From positions 1,718,757 through 1,782,756 of the forward strand of contig OZ244885.1 in the NCBI GenBank assembly GCA_965221385.1: DNA of 64,000 nucleotides, in the 5' to 3' direction. Position 1 is the first letter of the stretch. Each line of letters opens with the position of its first letter. Made by a program: the position numbers and the translations under genes. The notes under the pieces were generated by a model. That model was not told the origin of the DNA, did not search any database, and saw only the letters and a list, made by a program, of their open reading frames with translations. This document shows positions 48,442-58,081 of this stretch, one piece after another. The stretch comes from Dehalococcoidia bacterium (lineage in GTDB: Bacteria > Chloroflexota > Dehalococcoidia > Lucifugimonadales > UBA3495).

Positions 48442-49365
48442 TCAGCCCCGCAGCCGCTTGTAGGCGGCTATGGCGGCGGTGGCCCCGTCCCCGGCGGCAG
48501 CGACCAACTGGGCCGCCGAATGCTGGCGCACGTCGCCGACGGCGTACAGCCCCGGCTCGGTGGTCTCCATGGACAGGTTCACCACAATGTGACCGGCGGT
48601 GTCCCTCTCCGCCAGGTCGCTGATCAGTTCCGAGTTGGGTTCCAGGCCCGCATAGACGAACAGGCTGTTCAACTCAACTTGGCTGGCTTCATTGGTCTCC
48701 GTATTCAGCAGGCGCACGCCCGTCACCGAGTTGTCCCCCAGCACCTCCGTTACCTGGGTGTTCCAGTGGATGGCAATCTGGGGATGTTCCTTGAGTCGTT
48801 CCTGGAGAACGTGCTGGGCGCGCAACTGGTCCCGCCGGTGGAAAACCAGGACCTCGGAGGCGTACTCGGTAAGGGTCAGGGCCTCGTCGGCGGCCGAATC
48901 GCCTCCTCCGACCACGCCCACCCGTTTGCCCATGCTCATGGGGCCGTCGCAGGTGGCGCAGTGGGATACGCCCCGGTCACGGAAGTCCTCCTCGCCCGGT
49001 ATGCCCGCCGACCGCAACGAGGAGCCGGTGGCAATGATGACGGCGCGGGCCCGGTAGTCGCCGCCGTAGCCGGAGACCAGCTTGAAGTCGCCGTCCCGTG
49101 CCACCTGGGTGGCCTCGTCCATGATGAACTCCATACCGGCGTTCATGGCCTGCTCCTGCAGCAGGGGACCGAGCTCGGCGCCGGCCACGCCCTCCGGGAA
49201 GCCGGGGAAGTTCTCGATTCGTTCCACGTTGATGATCTGCGCGCCACCCATCATCTGCTCGATGAGGGCGGTGGACAGACCATAGCGGGAGGCATACATG
49301 CCGGCGGTCAGGCCGGCCAGTCCTCCGCCCACGATCAGCAGGTCATAGACGCCATTGGATGCCAA
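48442..49365 (-). CDS. trxB: Thioredoxin-disulfide reductase
   Basis: GGGLAG, GVSHCATCDG, GGGDSA, HRRD, GDV..AAGDG. Confidence 0.9.
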   Translation of the reverse strand: MASNGVYDLLIVGGGLAGLTAGMYASRYGLSTALIEQMMGGAQIINVERIENFPGFPEGVAGAELGPLLQEQAMNAGMEFIMDEATQVARDGDFKLVSGYGGDYRARAVIIATGSSLRSAGIPGEEDFRDRGVSHCATCDGPMSMGKRVGVVGGGDSAADEALTLTEYASEVLVFHRRDQLRAQHVLQERLKEHPQIAIHWNTQVTEVLGDNSVTGVRLLNTETNEASQVELNSLFVYAGLEPNSELISDLAERDTAGHIVVNLSMETTEPGLYAVGDVRQHSAAQLVAAAGDGATAAIAAYKRLRG

Positions 49366-49691
49366 GGGGACACCTCCGGTGGGAGACAGTACAAGCTACT
49401 ATAGACGGGGGCAGATTTTGGTGTCAACGCAGGGTGTATGCAGGGCGTATGGACGAAGCAGGTTGTTACCGTGAAATGCCGGCGGCACAGGCGTGAGCCC
49501 CGGGCGGCCACTTTCAGGTCGGGCGGAGCCGGAACCCCTACGGTATGGGTCAAAGACCAAGCCCACTGGCTACGCCTGGCCATAGGCGGCTATGGCCGGA
49601 ACCTTCGAGGTGGTGGTGGCGCTGTAGCTGCCAAGCGGCTGCCAGGTCGATGTCCATTGACAAGCGACAGGCTACGTCTTAAACTGCCATT

Positions 49692-49970
49692 GTGATCCAG
49701 TCTTTCAAACATCGGGACCTAGAGTCACTTTACGACGGGCGAGGAGGTCGAAGAGTCGCTCCGGAGCATGTCGGAAAGCTGACCCGCATCCTCGCGACGC
49801 TGGACCGGAGCAGCAAGCCCCAGGACATGGACCTGCCGGGGTTTCGGCTGCACCCCCTAGCCGGCCAACTCACTGGCCACTACGCTGTTTCCGTGTCAGG
49901 AAACTGGCGGATAACCTTCAGATTCGAGGACGGCCACGCAGTCGATGTCGATTACACGGATTACCACTGA
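49692..49970 (+). CDS. higB: HigB-family toxin
   Basis: IQSFKHRDL..PGFRLHPL..SVSGNWRITF..DYH. Confidence 0.92.
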   Translation: MIQSFKHRDLESLYDGRGGRRVAPEHVGKLTRILATLDRSSKPQDMDLPGFRLHPLAGQLTGHYAVSVSGNWRITFRFEDGHAVDVDYTDYH

Positions 49971-49982
49971 GGAGGAAAACCC

Positions 49983-50276
49983 ATGCCGATGCAGAACCCT
50001 CCCCATCCGGGCGAGATCGTCCGTTACGAGTGCCTGGAGCCTCTGGGACTGACCGTAACCCGCGCCGCCCAGGGCTTGGGGGTAACCCGTCAGGCCCTGT
50101 CGGACCTGGTGAACGGGAAGGCCGGCGTATCGGTGGAGATGTCCATCCGCCTTTCCCGAGCCTTCGGCTCCACGCCGGAGACCTGGCTGGGGATGCAGAC
50201 AGCCTACGACCTGTGGCAGATACAGGAACGGGCCGAGCAAATTGAGGTGGAGGACCTCACCGCTGCTTCACGGTAG
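49983..50276 (+). CDS. higA: HigA antitoxin
   Basis: NPPHPGE..LTVTRAA..GVTRQALS..STPETWLGMQ. Confidence 0.92.
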   Translation: MPMQNPPHPGEIVRYECLEPLGLTVTRAAQGLGVTRQALSDLVNGKAGVSVEMSIRLSRAFGSTPETWLGMQTAYDLWQIQERAEQIEVEDLTAASR

Positions 50277-50579
50277 CCAGCGATATTGGCCCGCGCTCCA
50301 ACCCGTTTCAAATTCCAGAGGGGCCAAGTTTAGCGTGGTTGGCCGGTCTGGTGGCTTCTGCGACTCTTCCCCGGCCACTTCTTTCTGCGGACCGGGTTTC
50401 CCTGGCCGCTCGACCTGACAACGTTGATTTGAGCAGGTACGGGAACCAGGGCAGTTAAAGCCAGGGGCGGATCTGTTACGACCCGCCCCCTTCTGCTATT
50501 TAAGTCTTCCTGAGTTGTACCGCCCGGGGGCGCCGCAGCGCTTCCCTTCCACGGGACCCATGGACCGGCGCCGGCGTTC

Positions 50580-52850
50580 CTACTGGTGGAACAGGTTCAG
50601 GGCCGAACCCAGCTTGAACCAGGCCAGTTGCGATTCGCTGTAGGAATGGTTCAGCAGCAGGGTTTCGCTGGAACCGTCGCTGTGCTGCACCCGGCATTCC
50701 ACGGGCTTGCCGGGGGCCAGATCGTTCAGACCCACCAGGCTCAGGCGGTCATCCTCCCGAATCCGGTCGTAATCAGCCGGGTCGGGGAAGGTGAGGGCCA
50801 ACAGGCCCTGCTTCTTCAGGTTGCTCTCGTGGATACGGGCAAAGCTGCGGACGATAACGGCCGCGCCGCCCAGCAGACGGGGCGACAGGGCGGCATGCTC
50901 GCGGCTGCTGCCCTCGCCGTAGTTGGAATCGCCCACCACCACCCACTTGATGCCCTGGGCCTGGTAGTCCCGGGCGATGCGGGAGAAGCCCACACCCTCT
51001 TCGCCCGTCACCACGTTCTTGCCCTTGCCGGCCTCGCCGGTGTAGGCATTGATTGCGCCCATGAACATGTTATCGCTGAACCGGTCCAGGTGACCCCGGA
51101 ACCGCAGCCAAACGCCGGCGGGGGAGATGGAGTCGGTGGTGGTCTTGCCCTGGGCTTTCACCAGCACGGGCATATCCACGAAGTCACCGCCGTCCCAAGG
51201 CGACCAGGGGCTGAGCAACTGGATGCGCTCGCTGTCTGGGGCCACGGTCAGTTCAATATCGGTGCCGTTGTCGGGCGGATCCTCATAGGAGGAGGAACCC
51301 CGGTCGAAGTCCTGGGGGGGAACATCGGCGGCAGGCTTGGGCGGCTCCAGCTTGAACTCCTGACCATCGGCGCCCACCAGGGTATCGGTGAGGGGATTGA
51401 AGGAAAGCCGTCCGGCCAGGGCCAGGGCTGTGACAATCTCCGGGCTGCCGATGATGTTCATGGTGGAGGCCTCCCCGTCGTTGCGGGCGGGGAAGTTCCG
51501 GTTGTAGGAGGTTACGATGGTATTGGGCCGTCCCACCGGGTCGCCCACCCTGCGCCACTGGCCGATGCAGGGGCCGCAGGCGTTGGCCAGCACGGTGGCG
51601 TTGATGTCCTGGAGGGACTTCATCTGCCCGTCCCGCTCGATGGTGGCCCGCACCTGCTCCGAACCGGGGGTAACCATGAAGGGCACCGCCGCCGTGAGGC
51701 CGTGGGCCCGGGCCTGCTCCGCCACGTCGGCGGAACGGCTCATGTCCTCGTAAGACGAGTTGGTGCAGCTGCCGATGAGGGCCGAGGATATTTCGTCCAC
51801 CAGGCCGCTGTCCTCTCGCAGTTCCTGAACCATGCGGGAGATGGGGCGGGCCCGGTCGGGCGAGTGGGGGCCTACCAGGTGCGGTTCCAGTTCCGAGAGG
51901 TTAATCTCCACCACCTGGTCGTAGTACTGGGACGGATTCTCATAGACTTCGGGGTCGGCGGCCAGCAGGTGCCGGTACTGCTCCGCCAGCTCCACCAGTT
52001 CACCCCGGTTGGTGGCCCGGAGGTAGCGGGCCATGGATTCATCGTAGGGGAAGGTGGACGAGGTGGCGCCCAGTTCCGCCCCCATGTTGCAGATGGTGCC
52101 CTTGCCCGTGGCGCTGATGGTGGAGGCGCCGGGGCCAAAGTACTCGATAATGCAGTTGGTGCCGCCGGAAACGGTAAGCACCCCGGCCAGGTACAGGATA
52201 ATGTCCTTCGGGGCGGTCCAGCCGCCCAGTTCACCGGTCAGGTGGACGCCAATGAAGCGGGGGTACAGAACCTCCCAGGGCAGACCGGCCATGACCTCCA
52301 CGGCATCGGCGCCACCCACGCCCACGGAAATGGAGCCGAGGCCCCCGCCGTTGGGGGTATGGGAGTCGGTGCCGAGCATCAGCTGGGCCGGGTAGGCATA
52401 GTTTTCCAGAGCCACCTGGTGGATTATCCCGGCGCCGGGACCCCAGAATCCGACGCCGTACTTGGCGGCGGCGGTGCGCAGGAAGTCATAGACCTCGCTG
52501 TTCTCGCCCAACGATTCCTGCAAGTCCTGGGCGCCCTCCACCCGGGCCTGGATCAGGTGGTCGCAGTGGACCGAGGTGGGAACGGCGGTGCTGCTGCGGA
52601 GGGTCTGCATGAACTGGAGCATGGCCGTCTGCCCCAGCACGTCCTGGAGGATGACCCGGTCCGGTCGAAGCTGGATGTAGGTCTCACCCCGCACCATATC
52701 CGTTTCGGCGGGGTTGTCCAGGTGGGAGAGGAGGATCTTGTCGGCCAGGGTCAGGGGCCGGTTCTGGAACTGCCGGACGGTGCGCAGGTTCCGGTCCAGC
52801 CTTTGATAGACTTCGGAAACCAACTCCCGAGTGGGTGCAATCGTAGGCAT
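50580..52850 (-). CDS. acnA: Aconitate hydratase (mitochondrial-like type)
   Basis: VHCDH, GIIHQ, DSHT, GSCTNSSYED, ACGPCIGQW, SYNRNF, GSSREHAA. Confidence 0.95.
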   Translation of the reverse strand: MPTIAPTRELVSEVYQRLDRNLRTVRQFQNRPLTLADKILLSHLDNPAETDMVRGETYIQLRPDRVILQDVLGQTAMLQFMQTLRSSTAVPTSVHCDHLIQARVEGAQDLQESLGENSEVYDFLRTAAAKYGVGFWGPGAGIIHQVALENYAYPAQLMLGTDSHTPNGGGLGSISVGVGGADAVEVMAGLPWEVLYPRFIGVHLTGELGGWTAPKDIILYLAGVLTVSGGTNCIIEYFGPGASTISATGKGTICNMGAELGATSSTFPYDESMARYLRATNRGELVELAEQYRHLLAADPEVYENPSQYYDQVVEINLSELEPHLVGPHSPDRARPISRMVQELREDSGLVDEISSALIGSCTNSSYEDMSRSADVAEQARAHGLTAAVPFMVTPGSEQVRATIERDGQMKSLQDINATVLANACGPCIGQWRRVGDPVGRPNTIVTSYNRNFPARNDGEASTMNIIGSPEIVTALALAGRLSFNPLTDTLVGADGQEFKLEPPKPAADVPPQDFDRGSSSYEDPPDNGTDIELTVAPDSERIQLLSPWSPWDGGDFVDMPVLVKAQGKTTTDSISPAGVWLRFRGHLDRFSDNMFMGAINAYTGEAGKGKNVVTGEEGVGFSRIARDYQAQGIKWVVVGDSNYGEGSSREHAALSPRLLGGAAVIVRSFARIHESNLKKQGLLALTFPDPADYDRIREDDRLSLVGLNDLAPGKPVECRVQHSDGSSETLLLNHSYSESQLAWFKLGSALNLFHQ

Positions 52851-53058
52851 AACAGTTTCTCCATGCTCGATTCGTTATTGGTCTGCCCCATTTCGCCCCG
52901 GCTGGGGCAGGGAATGGGGGAAGGGACAATGGCGGTAGTCTAGGATTATAAGCCCCCCCTGTCAATTGGGCTGCATAACAAAACCTCCCCGGGGCCGCCG
53001 GTGGTTGCCGAACCGGCGCAGAGGAGGTTTTGGCTGCCGTCCTGGGGCGGGAACCCGG

Positions 53059-53328
53059 CTACTTGCGCTTGAGGGCGTTGGGGTCGGTGTTCTTGAAGTA
53101 GTCGTAGTTCTTGGCGATGTAGCTCTCCCATTCCGGGGGAACGGCATCTTCCGCGAATATGGCGGTTACAGGACACACCGGCTCGCAGGCGGCGCAGTCA
53201 ATGCACTCGTCCGGGCTGATGTAGTACATATCGTCATCATCGGTGGTGTAGATGCAGTCAACCGGGCAGACATCCACGCAGGCGGCATCCTTCACACCAA
53301 CACAGGGTTCGGTAATTATGTAGGCCAT
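53059..53328 (-). CDS. fdxA: 7Fe/8Fe ferredoxin
   Basis: CVDVCPVDCI and CIDCAACEPVCPV. Confidence 0.93.
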   Translation of the reverse strand: MAYIITEPCVGVKDAACVDVCPVDCIYTTDDDDMYYISPDECIDCAACEPVCPVTAIFAEDAVPPEWESYIAKNYDYFKNTDPNALKRK

Positions 53329-53520
53329 TCTCTCTCTTGCTCCTCTGAACTAGCTCTTCTTGAGTCTCCCGGCCCCGGGCGGCCATGGTCAACCGACCGT
53401 TCAGCTCCCGCCCTATGGGAAGCCAACGAAATTATAGCATAGCCCGGCGGCTTTGCAATATTGGGGTGACGGCTCACAAAGGGCAAGAACCCGGCAAAGC
53501 TCCGGGGAATTTGTCGGACA

Positions 53521-53573
53521 TGACAGTTCCCTGTTGACACGCAGGATTGCACGTCTCTAGCCTGAATAGTGTC
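53521..53573 (+). promoter_or_regulatory. Promoter/operator motif copy 2, upstream of the head-tail module
   Basis: TTGACA (53534-53539), 18 bp spacer with GGATTGCAC, TAGCCT (53558-53563); matches 1832-1884. Confidence 0.75.
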
Positions 53574-53659
53574 GGGTGGGAACGGTCTGCCGGTTTCCCT
53601 GACCGTAGCGCCGGAAGCCAATCGAATATCGCGGCCTCGGAACGCCGCAATGCACGCGA

Positions 53660-53690
53660 GGGACTGACCTTTGTGGGTCGGTCCCTTTTT
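53660..53690 (+). terminator. Intrinsic terminator in the 5' leader of the head-tail operon
   Basis: GGGACTGACC-tttgtg-GGTCGGTCCC-TTTTT. Confidence 0.7.
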
Positions 53691-53809
53691 GTCGTTTCCG
53701 TGGATTCCAGGGTTTATGTGGTTAACGGGGTTTCCGGGGCTTCCGGGCCCGCACGCCACCGGCGTCCACACTGCCGGCCATGCCCCGGCATACATAAGGA
53801 GGTGAAGAA

Positions 53810-54559
53810 TTGACGATGATTCCCCCGGATGGCGATTACGGGACGGCGGATAGGGACCTGCTCCTGGAGTCGCTGGAGCGATACCGGCGGGGCCTGGCCG
53901 ACGCTCCCCTGCTGCGGAAATGGAGCATGGCAAGAGCGCCCGGCGGGGAGTTGACGGCAGTGGACCATCCCGTCTCACCCCAGGGCGCGGAAGAAGCGGA
54001 GGAAACGGCAATACTGGGAGGAATCGAAGGGACTGCGGCGAAGGAAGCGGAATCCGGCTTCCCGATGACCTTCGTGATTTCCAACGAGGAGGTGGACCGC
54101 CATGGCGACGTGGTGCTGGCCCGGGGCTGGCGACTCCAGGCCTACCTGAGCAACCCCGTGTTTCTCTGGGCCCACGACTACGGCCGGCCCGCCATCGGTC
54201 GCTCCCTGGCGGTTTGGACGGAACGGGCGCAATTAATGGCCCGCATGGAGTTCGCGCCCACCGCCTTCGCCCGCGAGGTGGCCGCCCTGTATCGCACCGG
54301 CTACCAGCAGGCGGTGTCGGTGGGCTTCAGGCCCCTGCGCTACGAGGAACGGCGCGACGAACGTACCGGCGCCTTCCTGGGCATCCGTTTCCTGGAGCAG
54401 GAACTGTTGGAGGTGAGCGCCGTCCCGGTGCCGGCCAATCGCCATGCCCTGCGCCGGGGGCTGGAAAAGGGGGAGTCCCCAGGGCCGGCGCCGGAAGTCC
54501 CCCTGCCCTTAGACCCCTTGAGGGAAGTGCTGGCGGCGCTGCGGTCCGCCGCCCGGTAA
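53810..54559 (+). CDS. HK97-family prohead protease
   Basis: VDRHGDVV, NPVFLWAHD..PAIG, VSVGF, LLEVSAVPVPAN; AAGGAGG RBS. Confidence 0.92.
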   Translation: MTMIPPDGDYGTADRDLLLESLERYRRGLADAPLLRKWSMARAPGGELTAVDHPVSPQGAEEAEETAILGGIEGTAAKEAESGFPMTFVISNEEVDRHGDVVLARGWRLQAYLSNPVFLWAHDYGRPAIGRSLAVWTERAQLMARMEFAPTAFAREVAALYRTGYQQAVSVGFRPLRYEERRDERTGAFLGIRFLEQELLEVSAVPVPANRHALRRGLEKGESPGPAPEVPLPLDPLREVLAALRSAAR

Positions 54560-54671
54560 TGGGCCTGCCCTTCCCCTGCGTCCGTCCCGCGCCCGGCCAG
54601 CGCAGCCATTCCCAGAGGAATAAATCCGGACAGCCCAAGAGACAACCAGCAGACGACTAGAGGAGGAACTT

Positions 54672-56003
54672 ATGACCCTGGCAACTCACGATATTGAACT
54701 GATCAAGCGGGAGGTGGCTGGTATTCGGGACTTCTACCAGTCCCGGATGGACGCCGAACTGCCGCCCCTGCAGGAGGAGGTGGGACGCATCGCCGCCCAG
54801 TTGGGACAGGTACAGGAACAGTGGCGGGACGGGGAGCGGCGGGCCCTTCTCTCCAGGTACGGCGGCGACGACCGGCCCCGGGTAACCCACGGCAAGTACC
54901 GGGGCATGGATGCCCTGTCGCTGGCCTACGTGCGCAGTGTGCTGAACGCTCAACTGCGGGAGCCGGCCGGCCTGAATCAACGCGCCCTGGAGGAATGGCA
55001 GAACAATCTGAAGGCCGCCATGGACAGCGCCACCGCCGGCTCCGGCGATGAGCTGGTGTCCACCGCCGAGGCCTCCGCCCTGTGGAGCGACGTGAACCTG
55101 GAGACCCTGATTGCGCCCCTCTTCTCGCGGGTGGACATGCCCACCAACCCCTTCGAGATTCCCCTGCAACTGGGCGGCGTCAACTGGTATCCGGGGAGCG
55201 AGAACACGGCGGTCACCGGCTCCGCTCCCGCCACCACCCGCCAGACCCTCACCGCCCACGAGCTGGTGGCCGAGGTTCCCTGGTCGCTGACCCTGGACGA
55301 GGATGCCGTCATCGCCATGGCCGAGGAGGTGCGCAGCTCCCTGGTGCGGAACGCGGTGGAGGTGATCGACGACGTGCTGCTGAACGCCGATGCCACCGCC
55401 GCCAACAACATCAACGCCGATGGGGCCACCATCAGCGCAACCACGGCCAGGAAGGGACACCTGCTCCTCGGCTTCGACGGCCTGCTGCACCTTCCCCTGG
55501 TGGACAACACCACCCAGGCCAACAACCACAACGCCGCGGTCAGCGATGGCATGTTCAACGAGATTCGCGGCAAGCTGGGCAAGTACGGCGTCCGGCCCTC
55601 GGAACTGGCCTACATCATGGACGTGAACACCTACATCAAGTCCCTGACCGTGGCCAACTTCCGCACCCTGGACAAGCTGGGCGGAAACGCCACCCTGCTG
55701 CGGGGTCAACTGGGCGCGGTGGAGGGCATACCCGTCATCGTCTCGGAGCAGATGGCCACCGCCGATACCGACGGCAAGGTCACCAATGACGGCACCGCCA
55801 ACACCAAGGGCCGTCTCCTCATCACCAATCGCACCCAATGGCGGCTGGGGTACCGGCGGGAGCTGCTCATCGAGACCACCCGCGACATCCAGAAACGGCA
55901 GAACATCATGGTGGTGAGCATGCGGCTGGCCTTCATGGAGCGCACGGGCAGCCGCTCCACCGCCACTCATACCGCCCTGCAGTACAACATCACGGGCGTC
56001 TAA
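54672..56003 (+). CDS. HK97-fold major capsid protein
   Basis: Follows the protease; GAGGAGG RBS; helical N-terminal delta-like region, GDELV, LLNAD..GFDGLL, GAVEGIPVIVSEQM. Confidence 0.85.
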   Translation: MTLATHDIELIKREVAGIRDFYQSRMDAELPPLQEEVGRIAAQLGQVQEQWRDGERRALLSRYGGDDRPRVTHGKYRGMDALSLAYVRSVLNAQLREPAGLNQRALEEWQNNLKAAMDSATAGSGDELVSTAEASALWSDVNLETLIAPLFSRVDMPTNPFEIPLQLGGVNWYPGSENTAVTGSAPATTRQTLTAHELVAEVPWSLTLDEDAVIAMAEEVRSSLVRNAVEVIDDVLLNADATAANNINADGATISATTARKGHLLLGFDGLLHLPLVDNTTQANNHNAAVSDGMFNEIRGKLGKYGVRPSELAYIMDVNTYIKSLTVANFRTLDKLGGNATLLRGQLGAVEGIPVIVSEQMATADTDGKVTNDGTANTKGRLLITNRTQWRLGYRRELLIETTRDIQKRQNIMVVSMRLAFMERTGSRSTATHTALQYNITGV

Positions 56004-56106
56004 CCTCCAGCCTCTCACCCGCCCTTTCCAACCCTGTCATGGACCCAGGTAGGGGCGGGGTGAGAGCCAACTTTTCAGGAGACCACGTTCCAGGAGACAA
56101 CCGACC

Positions 56107-56952
56107 ATGACCAATGCCTATTGCGACCTGGCAACCCTCAAATCCGCCGGCGCCCTCAACATCACCGGGGGCCTGTACGACCGCCGCCTGCTGGCCCTGC
56201 TGGAGGAGGCGTCGCGGGTAATCGACGGTTTCTGCAACCGCCACTTCTACCTCCTGCACACCACCCGCCGGTTCGAGACGGCCCCCTGGACGGGCCCGGT
56301 TCAACAACTGCTGGTGCCAGACCTGGCCCGGGCCGACACCGTCCGGGCGGCGAGCGTCCCGTCCGGACCAGCGCCGGAGGAACCCGACTGGCAGTCCATC
56401 GCCCATACCCTCTGTCCCCTGGACGCCGCGCCGGACCGTCACTGGGGGCGTCCCTACACCCGCATAACCCTGGGCCCCCTGACCGGTCCGGCGGCGCGCC
56501 GGGGCGGCCCAACCCTGATCCAGGTGGCCGGTCGCTGGGGATACCGGGAGGTGACCGAGGACACGGGCTGCACCCTTTCGGCCCCGGCCACTGCCACCGC
56601 CACCCGGTTGAGCGTATCCGGAGGCGGCGGCCTGTCCCCGGGCCAAACCCTGGTACTGGGGGATGAGCAACTGTACGTTCACGCGGTGGATGGCACGCAG
56701 GGATCGGTGGAACGGGGCATCAACGGTTCCACCGCAGCCGCCCACGAAAGCGGCACGGCCGTACACCTGCGGGGCTACCCGGGCCCGGTGACCGAGGCCT
56801 GCCTGCTGCTGGCGTCCGAACTGTGGCACGGGCGCCATCCGGCTGCGGTGGCCTCCGAACCCGGGCCGGCCCGTTCCGGGGCGCCGCCGCCTTCGGGGTT
56901 GGGCCGCGAGGTGGAAGCCCTGCTCTCCTCCTACCGCAAGCTCGCCCTCTGA
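56107..56952 (+). CDS. Head-tail connector/adaptor (gp6/gp15-like) with inserted beta domain
   Basis: AYCDLATLK..LLEEASRVIDGFCNRHF..GRWGY..PVTEACLLLASEL..LLSSYRK. Confidence 0.75.
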   Translation: MTNAYCDLATLKSAGALNITGGLYDRRLLALLEEASRVIDGFCNRHFYLLHTTRRFETAPWTGPVQQLLVPDLARADTVRAASVPSGPAPEEPDWQSIAHTLCPLDAAPDRHWGRPYTRITLGPLTGPAARRGGPTLIQVAGRWGYREVTEDTGCTLSAPATATATRLSVSGGGGLSPGQTLVLGDEQLYVHAVDGTQGSVERGINGSTAAAHESGTAVHLRGYPGPVTEACLLLASELWHGRHPAAVASEPGPARSGAPPPSGLGREVEALLSSYRKLAL

Positions 56953-57013
56953 AAGGCTCTGGGACTTGACGACGATCCGCCGGCGCGCGCCCGGCTGAGA
57001 AGGGAGGAAAAGT

Positions 57014-57433
57014 ATGACCCTGGTTGCCGCAACAAAGGACTTGGCGGAGCGGCTGGCGACGCTGCCCGGACTGCGGGTGTACACCACCCCGCCCGATGGG
57101 GCGCCGGAACTGCCCTGCGCCATTATCCAGCCGGGTCAGCCCCTGGCCGAGTACGACGGCACCCTGGCCGGCCGGGACGTAACCTACAACTTCGCCGTCC
57201 TGCTCCTGACCCGCTCGGGCCACGAGGGGCAGGCCTGGGAGGAGGTGGCCAGTTACGTTGCCCCAACCGGGTCGGCTTCCTTCAAGGCGGCGGTGGAAGC
57301 CCGGCCAGCCCAACCGGGCGGAACGGTGGACTGGTTCCGTACCCTGCGGGCCAGCGATGGAGGCCGGGTGTCCTACCGCAAGGCCGCCTACTGGGGCCTA
57401 ACCTTCCAGGTCCAGGCCTACGTTGGCGGCTAG
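57014..57433 (+). CDS. Putative tail completion/terminator protein
   Basis: 139 aa, GLRVY..P..LPCAII..F.V pattern; positioned between adaptor and tube genes. Confidence 0.6.
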   Translation: MTLVAATKDLAERLATLPGLRVYTTPPDGAPELPCAIIQPGQPLAEYDGTLAGRDVTYNFAVLLLTRSGHEGQAWEEVASYVAPTGSASFKAAVEARPAQPGGTVDWFRTLRASDGGRVSYRKAAYWGLTFQVQAYVGG

Positions 57434-57538
57434 GGGCAAGGGGCCCTCGTTCCCGGCTCAGGCCCCGGGTTTAAGCCGGCAGGGCTGGAGACGAGGCGTT
57501 AACCAAGACCCATCCAACCCCAATTCAGGAGGAACGCC

Positions 57539-57982
57539 ATGGCCAAGGTTCCAGTTTCCGGGCGCAGCTACATCGAGGTTGACGATGCCGGCGGGGTGGC
57601 CCGCGACCTCTCCCCTTCGGTGGCGGAGGTGGAACCCATCGGCATGCAGGTGACGGCCCTGGACGTGACCGCCCTGAACGACCGGTCGCGGCAGGTTTCC
57701 GCCGGGCCGGAGCCGGCGCAGCAGTTCACCCTGCACGGCCTGTTCGACGATACGCCGGTCACGGGTTCCGACGCGGTCCTGTCCGGCATCGTGGGCAGGG
57801 TGGTCACCGTCAGCTACGGCCCAGCCGGCAAGGGAACCGGTCAGCGCAAGGTAACGGGCCAATTCCTTTGCACTAGCTACCAGGTGGGCGGCCGGGCCGA
57901 GGGCGCCAGGAACGCCGGCCTGGTGCGCTTCGTCGCCCGGTTCCAGCAGTCGGGGTCGGTAACCCTCACCACATGGGCCTAG
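57539..57982 (+). CDS. Putative tail tube (major tail) protein
   Basis: 147 aa; DLS..LDVTALND..FTLHGLFD..YGPAG..G; AGGAGG RBS; gene position. Confidence 0.65.
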   Translation: MAKVPVSGRSYIEVDDAGGVARDLSPSVAEVEPIGMQVTALDVTALNDRSRQVSAGPEPAQQFTLHGLFDDTPVTGSDAVLSGIVGRVVTVSYGPAGKGTGQRKVTGQFLCTSYQVGGRAEGARNAGLVRFVARFQQSGSVTLTTWA

Positions 57983-58081
57983 GGGCAAGTCCCCGCGCCG
58001 CGCCACTGCCATGGGGGCCACAAAACTGTTCGAGACCCCGGATATTCATCCAAGATATTCATCATCGGAGGCAACGTTGAA

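Noticed and set aside
50586-52943. Long antisense ORFs (785 aa here; also 11833-13467, 18508-19590, 54657-56018, 58046-59776)
   Set aside because: Shadow frames of real genes in high-GC DNA, with no motifs.
53465-53520. c-di-GMP-I riboswitch-like words (GGGCAA..GCAAAGC)
   Set aside because: The required stem with a GNRA tetraloop is not evident and the segment lies upstream of the predicted promoter. An Rfam scan would settle it.
54672-56003. Encapsulin nanocompartment instead of a phage capsid
   Set aside because: It is flanked by prohead protease, adaptor and tail genes, and a portal and terminase share its promoter. No cargo enzyme is adjacent.
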